Shown piece by piece: positions 1 to 11,749 of a DNA stretch of 64,000 nt; within the stretch, counting starts at the first letter, position 1, and every line of letters begins with the position of its first letter. This DNA is from Sarea resinae (lineage: Eukaryota). Location of the stretch: positions 62,001 through 126,000 of the forward strand of contig JAPEUD010000031.1 in assembly GCA_026026165.1 (NCBI GenBank), in the 5' to 3' direction. The position numbers and the translations under genes are program-made. The notes beneath the pieces are model-generated. The model made no database searches and was not told the origin of the DNA. It saw nothing but the letters and a program-made list of their open reading frames with translations.

Positions 1-314
1 TAATAGACGTGCCCGTATTCTCCATACTCTTCCAGCCTCTTCCGGAGGCAGGAGGCCTCGTATTCCTTCATGTGGTAGCTACGGAATACGTAGCTAAGTG
101 TCCTGTAGCGGGTCTCGAGCATCTGTTCCCACTCGTCCCACTTTCGATCGCCTTTGGAGATGCGACCGGGTGTTTTGGTCTTCTTGGTGAAAATGCTCGA
201 CATGCGCTGGGTGAGTGACCTCTTGGGCCGGTCCAGAGTGATGGAGAAAAGAAATGGGGTTCCGTTGGTGTAGCTAGGAGCCTCGCAGTGTTCGAAAACG
301 CGTTTAGGAGACAT
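1..314 (-). CDS. Hypothetical protein, 5' part (runs off the left edge of the window)
   Basis: ATG at 314 opens a stop-free frame MSPKRVFEHCEAPSYTNGTPFLFSITLDRPKRSLTQRMSSIFTKK...WDEWEQMLETRYRTLSYVFRSY... to position 1; no family recognised. Confidence 0.45.
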   Translation of the reverse strand, partial: MSPKRVFEHCEAPSYTNGTPFLFSITLDRPKRSLTQRMSSIFTKKTKTPGRISKGDRKWDEWEQMLETRYRTLSYVFRSYHMKEYEASCLRKRLEEYGEYGHVY

Positions 315-526
315 TTTCGGTTTTCGGTATGAACGATGCTTTCGATAGAGGGCAAAAGTTCAAGGACTAAAGCCCAAGAAAAAAGGGTTGAGAGGATCAA
401 CGGTATTCAGATTGGAAGATTTGATATGGTAACGAACTCCAAGCAAGAAAGAAGAAGGAAGGAGGGGGAGCATCGCATATATAAGTCTATTGGGCACTTG
501 TCGCCTTCTCGCATGCCCCAAGACAG

Positions 527-2833
527 TCATCCCATTATTTCCTAATCAAGTCTAGTCAGTATAGTGAGGACAATTATGGGCTTGATGTCAATCTCGGACT
601 TACGCTGGCAAACTTGCTACGAGCTCGAATAGTAGGGCCATAGAGCGCAAGCACCCAAGGTACTGCCGTCAGGACGGCGCCCTGAATCGAATAAGTATAC
701 GGTCTATCATCATGGCTGAAAACATACTAGTCCACCCAATAAACTCGATGCACCTTGGAAGGTCATCCCGCGGTACATTGCGTCAGTGAACAGCGGAATC
801 ACACCGCCTAGCATATTACGGCCTGCGAACAAAGGTAAGCTAGATTGCTTTGGGCGATAAATTCTGCCGTACTCGAGATTTGTAGCTCCGAGCAGAAACA
901 GTTCCAAACAAGGATTAGATGGGCATTTACGACAGAGGGATCACATGAAAATGAGGGATGACCGAAAATCATGAATGGGTACACAAAGGACTCTACGAAA
1001 AGGAAGGACTCACAAAAAGACTGCGCCGCTATTGCTGAGCTCGCATACCGATGATATGTGTCGGCCAAATAATTGAAGGCGGCGAGATAGACTGAATAGA
1101 TACCCATGGTGGCACATCCGATCCCTATCGCAGGCACAATCCACGGCACACTCGAGAACGATGTCCAGCCGAACCAGAATAAACCGATCGGCAAGAGCGC
1201 ACTTTCAACGCATGCAAAGTAGAGTCGTTCTTCTGGGGTGGAAAATGTCTTTCCATAGCGTAGGGCGAGCTTCTCTTGGCAAATGCTCAAGATTGTCGCT
1301 AAGCTGGCACCAATGCACATTGCTATGAGGGTATTAGTATCGTCCGATTGTCAAACAGATGGGATCGACTGACCCGCAAATACAGCTCCGGTCTGCTGAA
1401 GTGTAAAACCATGCCTCGTGCTGAAGACTAATGGTATCGCATCAAAGGTCAAATATAAGACAGCCCAGCTAAAAGCCACCCATAGCGAGAAGAAGAATAC
1501 CACGGGTTCGGTTATGAGAAGGTCTATCACATCAGAACTGGAGCTTGCACGTAGATCGAATGAGGTTTCTGTGGTGGAACTTACGGAAAGGTCGATACAA
1601 CGAGACCTTGATCATTGTTTGGATGCTTTCTCGTTCCTCATCGGACTTGACTTTCCACCGAATTCGCTGGCTCTCTGTTTTCTCCGAGTCGCCATTGATT
1701 GGCATATCAAAGCCTACGTATCCTAATTGTTCTCGAGCAGCATACCACTCATTCAAGGCCTTGGCCTTTCGACTCAGCAGAACGCTGCCGCGCGATTCTC
1801 GAAAGAACAGCAAGACCGCTAAAACCATCAAACTACAGTCGATGATTTGGACGTAGAAAATCCAACGCCAGGTTGTATTTTGTGCGATGAAGCCCGATAC
1901 CAGCGGTCCCAATCCTGTCCCGAAGAGAGCGGATCCGGAAAACAATGCCATTGGGGTATTCCGATCTGCCGTATGATAAATATCGCTAATGACTCCGCCC
2001 ACCATGGTCGAGAAAGTAGCTATGCAAGTCAGTATACATTCCGCTTCCGCAATGAGCCGTCTGAGTGGAACTCACAGCCTCCTACGCCCACGAAGAATCG
2101 AGCAACAATCATGCCAGGAAAGGAGCGCGTGACCGCGGTACAAGTTTGACAGACTGTGACGATTTAGCTATGATGTAGGTACACGTAGAGATTGCAGATA
2201 GAAAATTCATGATGATGACGGAAATGGCTTGAGAGCTCAAGCGACAAATTCCCTCGAACCTTTCGTCTGACTTCTGTCAATGAGAACAAACTCACCAATG
2301 AACAAGACTCCAGTGACAACAAAGATTGGCTTCCGACCATTGATCTCGGAGAAGGGTGCCAAAACCATGGGAGCTGTCGCAAAGCCAACGCAAAAGGTAG
2401 TAATGCCGATCGCTACAGCTACTGGGCTGACGTCCCAGTAGGCCGTCAATTGATCACTTGCCATACTGTATGAACCCGCAGCATAGGCGGTCAATGCAGT
2501 TCCGAGGCAAGCAAGCCATGTCGTACACCTCTTTCGTGTGCTCGACCACAAGAATGGAGACGTGTAGGGAATTAGATCTGGAGGCGGAGGAGCCTCTGCG
2601 GTGCCAGGTTTCGACGAGACCAAAGTCGATGGTGACGGTAGTTTGGTCTCGAAGGTCAAGTAATGATAACTTATGGGGCAATCGCCGTCGAGGTCAGAAG
2701 CATCAAAGTCTTTCGAGCTGCTATCATCTCGAATAGACGCGTTCTCAGCGTCGCCGCCCTTGACGTCTGGCCGTGATTTTATTTCCGTCTTATTTCCGGG
2801 AGTGATATACTCCGCTGCTTTCGAGCCTGCCAT
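527..2833 (-). CDS. MFS drug:H+ antiporter (DHA1 family), multi-exon
   Basis: Exons carry PFSEINGRKP, GGVISDIY...LGPLVSGFIAQNTTWRWIFY, PEERL, YLADTYHRYASSAIAAQSF, YGPTIRARSKFAS; last mini-exon EIMG-TGA at 527-541. Confidence 0.9.
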
Positions 2834-4183
2834 GGTACTTCAACTCGAATCGAAGAGGAATTGCAAGGCTTTATCCTGTACGCTGACATCCAAAGCGACA
2901 GAGACAACACATTGGTTCAGCGGCGGACAGAGAAGAATTCGGCGCAGAGGAAGCATATAACAGATGGAATGCAGGTCGAACATGACGGTGACGGTGACGG
3001 TGACGATTTCTTTATTCCCGGCGTCGTGGATTTGTAAGAGCTATGTCCGGTTGGGTGTCTGCGAACCCACTGGTTCAAAGGCGATAGGAGCGCGGTACTC
3101 TACAACACGAGTAGGGCATGACCCATTGTTATCACTGCAGCTAAGGGATTCTCGTCGGTATCAATTCACGGATGCAGAAAGTCGATAGGGTACGCTGTAT
3201 GCACACGAGCCTCCGGCCACGGAGGATGGAAGATGTGGGGAAGACAGCAGACGGGAGAGTAGTACAGTAGGTACTGGCTACTTGGTGCTGGTGGTACGAG
3301 TGGTGGTGTGCTGAGTACTGTCTACCTTTGACTGCTGAAATCGTGTGTTATCGGTGTTGGTGTCTCGCAGCCGAGCCCCTCGGCCGTCTCTCTGTCGGTC
3401 ACGGATGCCCGGTTCGGAAGTATCAAGGGAACCAACATATTTCCTGCATCAAGTGTGGCTGGTTGGTGCGCTGCAGCCTGCCTAGATGATCTCTCACATG
3501 GTGTAGTGCTTGTATGAGAGTCGAGCAGTCTTTAGATCAGCCCGAGATCAAGGAGGGACGCCTGCCCGCATTCTTCTTGCAGATAGAGTGCCGTCGTCTC
3601 TGGGCTGCTCTGGGACTGCGAACTTGAGATCCCTCCCTTGACCGCCTTCATCATTCTGCCAGAACTACTTGGGTACTTCGTCCCTCATAACGAGGAGACC
3701 CCGCGGTCAGGGAACTGTGGTCATGGGTGGGATGTACCAACTACTCTTTCTGCCAAGTACCCCCCCATAATCCACCCGCCCATGGGTGACTTGGTGGGGC
3801 AGATAGAGCACAAGTAGCGATTGCGTGCTCCTGTCGAATGATTTCGTCCGTAGATGGCGTAATCCAATCATTGAGCGGTTCCCTTGGTAGTAGGATCCCA
3901 AGTTTGCAATTTGACCCCTCCATTTGATGCTACTCCTCCCCTCCAATCTTCTTTTTCTTACTTCTTCTTCTCTTCTGCTTCAAATACAAACTTCTGCTTC
4001 CTTTCGCCACACGTGAAGCAACTCGCTACCTCATCTACTCCAAGACTCATTAGACAGTAAGACTCCAACCTCCCAGCTTCTCTCTCGCATCCATCGTCAC
4101 GCTCTTACCCATTGAATGGGAGAGTATGGATTGCGCAGAGATTTCTCGTTGGAAAGAACATGGTTTACATCTTAAAGATCATC

Positions 4184-5051
4184 ATGGCCGCAGAACAACG
4201 CGCGACTCCTCTCCGACTCGGGAGCAAAGCCCCAAACTTCACCGCGGAGACGACCCAAGGGACGATCAACTTCCATGACTTTATCGGTGACAACTGGGTG
4301 GTCCTTTTTTCCCATCCAGGTGAGCTGCCTTTGGCAACCCAACATTCAATACATTTGTGCCGACGAGCGACTTGCGCAATGCGTCCCTCGCCCCGCCACT
4401 GGTGCACATTGACGAAAGAGAAAACTAATGTGATTGTCCAGCCGATTTCACACCAGTCTGCACGACCGAGCTCGGGGCTTTTGCCAAACTCGAGCCCGAA
4501 TTCACTCGCCGTGGCGTGAAGCTGATCGGTCTCTCGGCAAACTCCCTCGATAGCCACAAGGAATGGATCAAAGACATCGATGAGATCTCAAACAGCCACC
4601 TGAAATTCCCCATCATTGTTGATAACGAGAGGAAGGTCTCCTACCTCTATGACATGTAAGTACAGGCGCGGAATGGCTTCGACGATGTGTCGCTAAATCT
4701 CTGGATGCTAGGCTGGATTATCAGGATACGACCAACGTGGACGAGAAGGGTGTCGCTTTCACCATCCGATCCGTCTTTGTCATCGACCCCAAGAAGACTA
4801 TTCGCCTCATCCTCTCTTACCCAGCCTCCACTGGCCGAAATACCGCAGAGGTGCTGCGTGTTGTCGATTCGTTGCAGACTGGAGACAAGAACCGCATCAC
4901 CACGCCTATCAATTGGATCCCCGGTGACGATGTCATCGTTCACCCGACCGTCAGCAACGACGAGGCAAAGACGCTGTTCCCGCAATTCAAGATCATCAAG
5001 CCGTATCTGCGATTGACACCCTTGCCAAAGGACAAGACGAGCGCGGTCTAG
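4184..5051 (+). CDS. PRX1: 1-Cys peroxiredoxin (Prx6 type), 3 exons
   Basis: LRLGSKAPNFTAETTQG, WVVLFSHP|ADFTPVCTTEL (peroxidatic Cys), RSVFVIDP, YPASTGRN, TPINW; introns ~4320-4441 and ~4656-4710. Confidence 0.95.
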
Positions 5052-7262
5052 ATCTGGATCTCTGCGCCTGCAAAGGCTGTTTTGAGTATGGAGGATTCGT
5101 TTGATTGGGTAGACGGAGTTAACTCCTGGCACAGTCAACCGTGCAGCCAAAAGAAGAGAGTATGAAATGAATGATGGATGAAATTGCGAATATCATGATT
5201 CGATTTTACACCCAGAGCACCTCTCATCATCGGCAATGACATGATTCAGCAATCGATCTTTGGTGTTGGCTCAATTCTTTATTACCTCTTCACGCTCCAC
5301 GAGTAATGAAATGATGGAATCATCTCGAGGTACAGCGCACATGTACCGGACCATCTGCCCTGATCCCCGTACTCTGTCCCCTTGCCCTTGTTCTGCGGTA
5401 CGTTCCCTAGTGCCTGCCCTGGATCCATGGGTTTGGTGGTTATGAGGTACTTGTTGGTAGTTGTGGGTAGCACTGCCACCTGGAATGGACATATAGAATA
5501 CCTCTCTCACGACAGCACTCGGTACTTTGGTACTCTTCATCAAAGCATGTGCAGGTACTGGACGTGCTGGTACCTGAGCTATCTCAACCCTAGGTACCTT
5601 TCGTTGCGTATTCGCATCTGCCCAGTCACATGATGTATTCATGTGACCCACAGAGACTCGGCACCTTACCTAGCTAGGTGCCTCACCTAGCTAGATTTAG
5701 CATCGTCACATCTCTTCAACACCTTCTGGAAGGAAGCCCTTGACGAGTACTGCATTGTTGTCGTGTTCCTTGAACCTCATCTAATCTTTTCTTGATGACA
5801 ACCACAGCGCTTCATACTAAACGATTTACTTCTACGACAAAAGGCCGAAAGTCTGGCTAACTCAGCTCGCTCCTCGAAGTCGTCTAGAGGGCGGACTAAA
5901 CGTGCTCTTCACACAAATATCGCAGAGTGCGAGAGAACAGAGGAGAGGCTCTAGCGCTCGGCAGCCTGTACATACACATGATTCACCACGCATTGTCAAC
6001 GTGCCAAGAGCCTATACCATCACCATCCATGGACTTGCTATTATCCTGCATTCACTGTCAAGAGTCTGTAATATTCGACTATTGACTACAATGAACCTGC
6101 ACATTCACCTGGAGAGACCTTTATTGGTAATATCGCCGACCTGTCCAAGTAAGTTGGCCCAACCGGATCCAAAGGCTAAGAGCGGGTCGAAAATCCAATA
6201 CGAAACGCGTCATCAAGCAAGGAACTATATAATTCCAAATTTGCCTTGAACACAAGGGTCCGCAAAGCTATGCCGCGCATACGCGTGAACATCCTTACAA
6301 TAAGGTGCCTTGGCCTTAAAGCCCCGGAAAGGGAAGGCGGGCGGAATGGCTTCTCTCAGATGTCTTGGCCTCGCCGGCGAGTTGAGTAAGACGACGTGAT
6401 TGAACAAACTCGATAAAAATACACTCGAAGAGGAGAGACTTGACCCAACCGGGTCTAAGCCTCGGAACTGTCCATACATCTCGACAGAATATCGAAATAC
6501 AACGACATTCATCTCGTACGAGAGGAATAGATGAGAAAGCAATTGGAATAATATGATATATAATGTTGGGTCTACACTGGCTTTGTGGATGACAATTTGG
6601 AAGAATTACGCGTGGGATCGGAGCGTGGGAGCACCCTCTCCCTACTTCCACCAGTTCCCTTCCTAGTTCCACGAATCCCACCATCATCGTGCCAGCTGAA
6701 TTGCAAACCGCTTTGTTCTGGCTGAGAATATCTGTCTTTTGCGGACGGGCTGTGTCAGAGCTGCAGGCTCTGCATTGCTCACAGACGTTTCCCTATGGTA
6801 CCAGAGGACGACTCCGTATCTAAGCACATCCGATTCAGAATGGAATTCATTATAGCAATCACCAACTATTTCTAGAAGACTACACAGCTAATACTCGACA
6901 AAGTAGACAGGCGCTCACAGATGATAAAAATAATAGAGATCGCTAGGAGATTATCGACAAAGTGTTTCCCTGCAAGGTAGATCCTAATAACTAAAGACGG
7001 GGAAGCCTGCACTAAAATCATAGATAACGTTTGCAATTTCAAATACAAGTCATTAAAGATTATAGAGGTAAGTGGACTCTTTTCTCTCTCCGCCATTTCT
7101 CCTACAATGCTTTTGACATTGCATACTCAGGGCTAGAGTTGAGGCACCGCTCCTGTCGATTTGCTGGGCTTCGATGGACAAACATTACACTGGATGGTTG
7201 AACGCTGTCTAGACCAAGAAACGGAGAACTATGTCTACGGACGACTACCACATGGCTAAGCA

Positions 7263-7700
7263 TTGAAGCTGGACGCACCCTCTTCCAACCGATTTGATAT
7301 TATACTTGTTGAGCGTATTGAAAACCGACCGAATAAAGCAGAGGGCTGCGAAATCAGCGTCAACATACTAGGTCCCAACGACAGACCCCAACCAAAGATG
7401 CTGAGCAATTTCATAGGGCCAGCCCAAGACCGAGGTCGGGGTGTTCGCGTCTTTGGAGTCGAGAATGATTGCATTTTTTGCAGGTGTCCTGCAAATACCA
7501 CCTTGCAGTCGGCGACGTGGGATGCCAGAACGGACGATCTCTCCACCGAGGATGGCGCCACGCGAATATATGCACAGCGCCAATATTTTCTGATGCACTG
7601 TTTCGACGATTTCACGTGTATGACGCTCATTCTGCCGGCGCGCCTTGTTGGGGAGGACCGCCACGAAGAGGCCATTCAAGCGATGGAAGAATCGTATTAA
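7263..7700 (+). other. Orphan ORF or gene relic of unknown family
   Basis: 145-codon open frame with protein-like composition; the nearest upstream ATG (7231) is out of frame. Confidence 0.25.
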
Positions 7701-7869
7701 GAATTACACATTGGGACTGGTCCCCTAAATGTAAGGATTGATCAACTGGTCCGAACATCAAGGGATGAAGGAGAAGCTCGAAAAGTCTTTTATACCACGA
7801 ATTTGATGATGTCTTTAATTAAAGGCATCTACAAGAAAGGAGAAAGAAACTCTCCTCAGAAGGAGCAAA

Positions 7870-8012
7870 CCTAAGCCAGTCTACCCTTATAGATGTCGGG
7901 CAACGACATGTCTCTGTCCCAACATGCGGCGTCTCAGCCCATGGAAGTTGACCAGCCGACCGCGGCAGCTGGCGTGCCTTCGAAACCAAGGAGGCAAGAT
8001 AAGCCGAGATGG
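7870..8012 (+). pseudogene. Truncated 5' fragment (intron acceptor plus first ~39 codons) of the zinc-knuckle gene at 45988-46665
   Basis: MSGNDMSLSQHAASQPMEVDQPTAAAGVPSKPRRQDKP vs MSGNDMSLSQHAAQPMDVDQPTAAAGVPPKMRRQDKP; the upstream ctac.cttatag|ATG context is also shared; similarity stops just before the first Cys. Confidence 0.85.
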
Positions 8013-9319
8013 TCATTCTACATCCAGAATTGTCAGAGCGACACTGCAACTCAAGGCAGAAATACACTAGCAAGGTTACTCATACATACTCGACATGGAG
8101 GCATTGAACGACCCCAGAGACTACTACTTTGACGGACCGATCTTCAAGTCCATTATGCTTTACAGAAAACGCCTGCTACGAGAATGTGTTGAAAAGGAAG
8201 GGGTGGTAACGTGAGGAGCGCATACACATGGAGCAGGATCCATCGCAAGGCCCTCAGATTGGCACCCTACGTCACAATTGCAATCTTGCGAGAGAGATAC
8301 GGCAAAACATACAATAGGCAGTCACTATCCCTCGCAGCGCCAGAATCCGTTAAAATTCGTCTACTCAGAACGTTCTTGAATCAAGACTTTATTGCGCTTT
8401 TGGAACTCAAAGAAACTATCTTTTGATCAATACTGGGAGAGGCCTGCCACGGTAGTGTCCAGACGCTTGGTCCGAGCCTACATCCTTTTCCATACAAGGC
8501 TAGCATTGCAAGTAATGGATTGCTAGAGCGTTAGTCTGGACCTGCAATGTCTAGATTTGCAGCGATGTTGGATTCAAACCTCGAGAAAGGAGAAGCGACC
8601 CCAAACGCAAGAGGGTGAAAGTTCTAACCCTTGTCGAATGACAGATCCGCCTCATTGTTGTCTTTCCATGCTTCCAGTATTACAGAAAGGAGTCACATGA
8701 ATCCTCTGGTCGACCTGACCATCATCACGCCGATCCACATGATCCCGACGACGTCAGAAGCGAACGGGAAAACATAGTATGAAGAAGTCTACCCTTTATA
8801 CAAATCACCCTACACGGTGCTGCTTTCCGTGGCCGGACTAAATGGGGATATTGAGGACTGAACATGTCACCGATAGAGCGGTAATCACGTCGTCATTTTT
8901 GGCCAGTAACAACTGGGAAGAATCGACCGGTCTCAGCCGAGAAGACAAAGGTAACAATCAATCTGATCATTGGCGACAGCGAACCAAATTCGGGCAATGC
9001 GAATATGAGGGGCATATCTGGTAGAGAGGCCTGTCATACGAAAAATAGTACCGAAGGACGAAAAGCCTCTAATGATTCTGAACCATTTGGAAAAGGCTGA
9101 GCAGCAACGTTTGTTTGGACGCGGATAAGTTCCTTGGCCTTCTTAGCCTGCGCAAATGTGAACAGCTCTTTCAGTGCTTCAGGTCATACGTTGCTGGCAA
9201 TAATCGGCCGCTGTCATTCCAGCAACGGCTTGTGTGTTATGACAAGTCAAAGTCGATCCTATGGTCTATGCCTACCCTCTTCTTCATCGAACATGACCAT
9301 CTCATCAGTTCACGGACCT

Positions 9320-9765
9320 ATGGACTGAAGCCTCGACAGCAACTCATCATATCCAAGAACCCTTTTTGGCACAGTGCTGCTCAATGCCTTTTGCGATTGT
9401 GGGGCTGCTGTGGCAGCAGTCGATCCGAGCCCCCTGCAACAGTACATATTGATCGGCGGATCCGCACTGGTGGTTCCTGGCTACAATCAAGCAACAGACG
9501 ACTTGGATCTTGCAACCACTGCATCCGCCATCGACGCCTTCGACCGAGGGTCGCGAAACAACCCAAGGTTCCGTAAGCGTAATTGGGGTACCTGGAGCTA
9601 TATCTGTGAGGACGAAATTGGCTCAGAACTATCAATCGAGCTAGAATTTTTAGAGCTCGACGGTCCTTCGTGCCGAGAATATCAGGAAGACATGAGCTGC
9701 TAAGCGGCGCATGTGTGGCATCAGTAGAAAGAGAGCTTACCAATGACTGGCCTCATCTCACGTGA
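9320..9765 (+). pseudogene. Degenerate pol-beta-superfamily nucleotidyltransferase (GGxA...TxDxD type)
   Basis: YILIGGSALVVPGYNQATDDLDL motif; ATG at 9320 is followed by an in-frame TGA at codon 3; a frameshift near 9665 continues as FVPRISGRHELLSGACVAS. Confidence 0.6.
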
Positions 9766-11749
9766 GTCGTGCTGGTTCTCTTCGAAGCCTTGTTAAGCAT
9801 ACCTGAGACTCCCTCTGCCTCTACCAGGCTCAGCCCGATTTAGGATCTTCTATTAGCTTGGCCTCGATCGCTGACCACGGGACCGGATCGCTCGGAGGAT
9901 TTCTACAGGATGCAGGCAGCCAGCCACATATATCACGTCCGCTGGTTATGTGGGCATGGGCGCGAATGATACAAACGTATAAAAATGTAGGGACTGACCT
10001 ACTGAACAACTCCAACGAAGAATGGGATCAAACATTTAAGCATCGGGAGGCGATCGATTGTTCATCATGGAATCGAAAAGGTCTCCTAAACGCATTAGCT
10101 GAAATGATGATTGTCTTCCGAACTCATCACCTCGAACGTATCGCGCGTGTTCTTTGAACTGCTGCGGACATTCTGCCCAGGATGACGCAGACAAGAAAGG
10201 TTTCTGGAGGAAATCCTTGAGCTGTGAACCGAACAATGGGCGACAGGGGGTTCAGCGAGATTATGGATAGATACGACTGATGATTGTGACCTTTGAGGGA
10301 GCAAAAGCGATGACAAGATTTCTCGTCAGTCACCAACAGAAGGATCGGCAGAATTCTAGGGGGGCCGGGGGGCTTTAAGCACATTGCCGTCCTTTTGTAT
10401 TCTCTGTCAATTCAGAGAGCAGCGATGCGCGACCAGCAAAAGCACACTAAAAGCATTCGCACGCTGGAGTCCAAGTTTGTCCGACCGGCTCGCGAAAACC
10501 TCACACTCTAATACGACAGTGCCGCTGCTGATAGAGTTGAGCGGGAACGAGAGGATTCTCTTAATGTTCTCGTCTCCTCTGCAAAGGAATGTGGTAACAC
10601 CGCCACCCGGGACGTCATCATTTTAGTTGACTTGGCTTTTATTGTCGCCCTGTATATTGTCGCTAGCTGCTTTGGAGACAATTCTTGAACATTATGGAAG
10701 AGATTTTATGTCGACCGGCCAGAGATGAAGAGGACTACTATTGTTTGAGACGACCCCACGGTTTTCGAATGACTCCCTATATCCACCGTCCGATGCTCCT
10801 TCCGTTTCGTCAGTATGGAAGAGCTCCTCCTTCATACTGCAATCTTGCTCCCCCTTTCGTCCGCCGGCCGAAAAGCGAAAGGCGTAATGAAGACGAAGAC
10901 GGCGAGATCACCAACCTGGCCTTTGAGAGATGGCAAATATCGCAGGCAATAAGGGGATGACGAAAGAAGAGGAACCGAGTGAAGAAGGATGAGGGCGTTC
11001 ACTGTCCTACTGCTGTCTCTCAGTCTTTTAGATGCTGTGCTGGCTTTCTGGTAGGAAGACGACAAGCCTTGTTCTGATCGCTCTACGTTATTTGTTGTGC
11101 CCGACATCGACATGATGAGGGCCTAGACCGTTTAATCAAAACGGCACAACTGGCCCTATTCGGTCCTCGAGCTTTGATGGCCAGGGAGATGGATAGGAGA
11201 AGGTGGTGGGCTTTTTACGCCCTTGCGCTAGGCAATACGCACTATATCATTTTAGGCATAAAGATTCGAACCACTCTATTGCCTACTACCCTCAGGGCAT
11301 TTTTCACTAGGGTTTATTTCGCGAATAGAGAAAGAAGATCAGGTTTCTAGGCAGGAATACGCACTATATATGTGCTTGTCCCAACAGCCTTTGTCGCGAC
11401 TATGGCAATGTCCATTGCCAATATAAGGACATCGTCCTCCCTCTGTTGTTTTCTCTGCAAAGGGTCGACCCACGCACTATTACAGGCTTTACTAGCACTA
11501 AGGGGGAAGATGCACTAGCGAAAGGTTAGACTCTATTGTCAACATGAGGTAATATACTATACGACTGAATAGCCTAGAATACAAAGACGCATTATCATCT
11601 ACATGATCTTCCTATTCCGATACAACGAGTAGAAAGGGTCTATCGAGGCTTTTTGATAGTGTACAGACAATATACAGTCGTGATAGGATAATGAATAGGA
11701 GGTGTGAGACGACTGGAGAGCTGGAAGGCGGAAGGAAGGCAAGAAGTGT

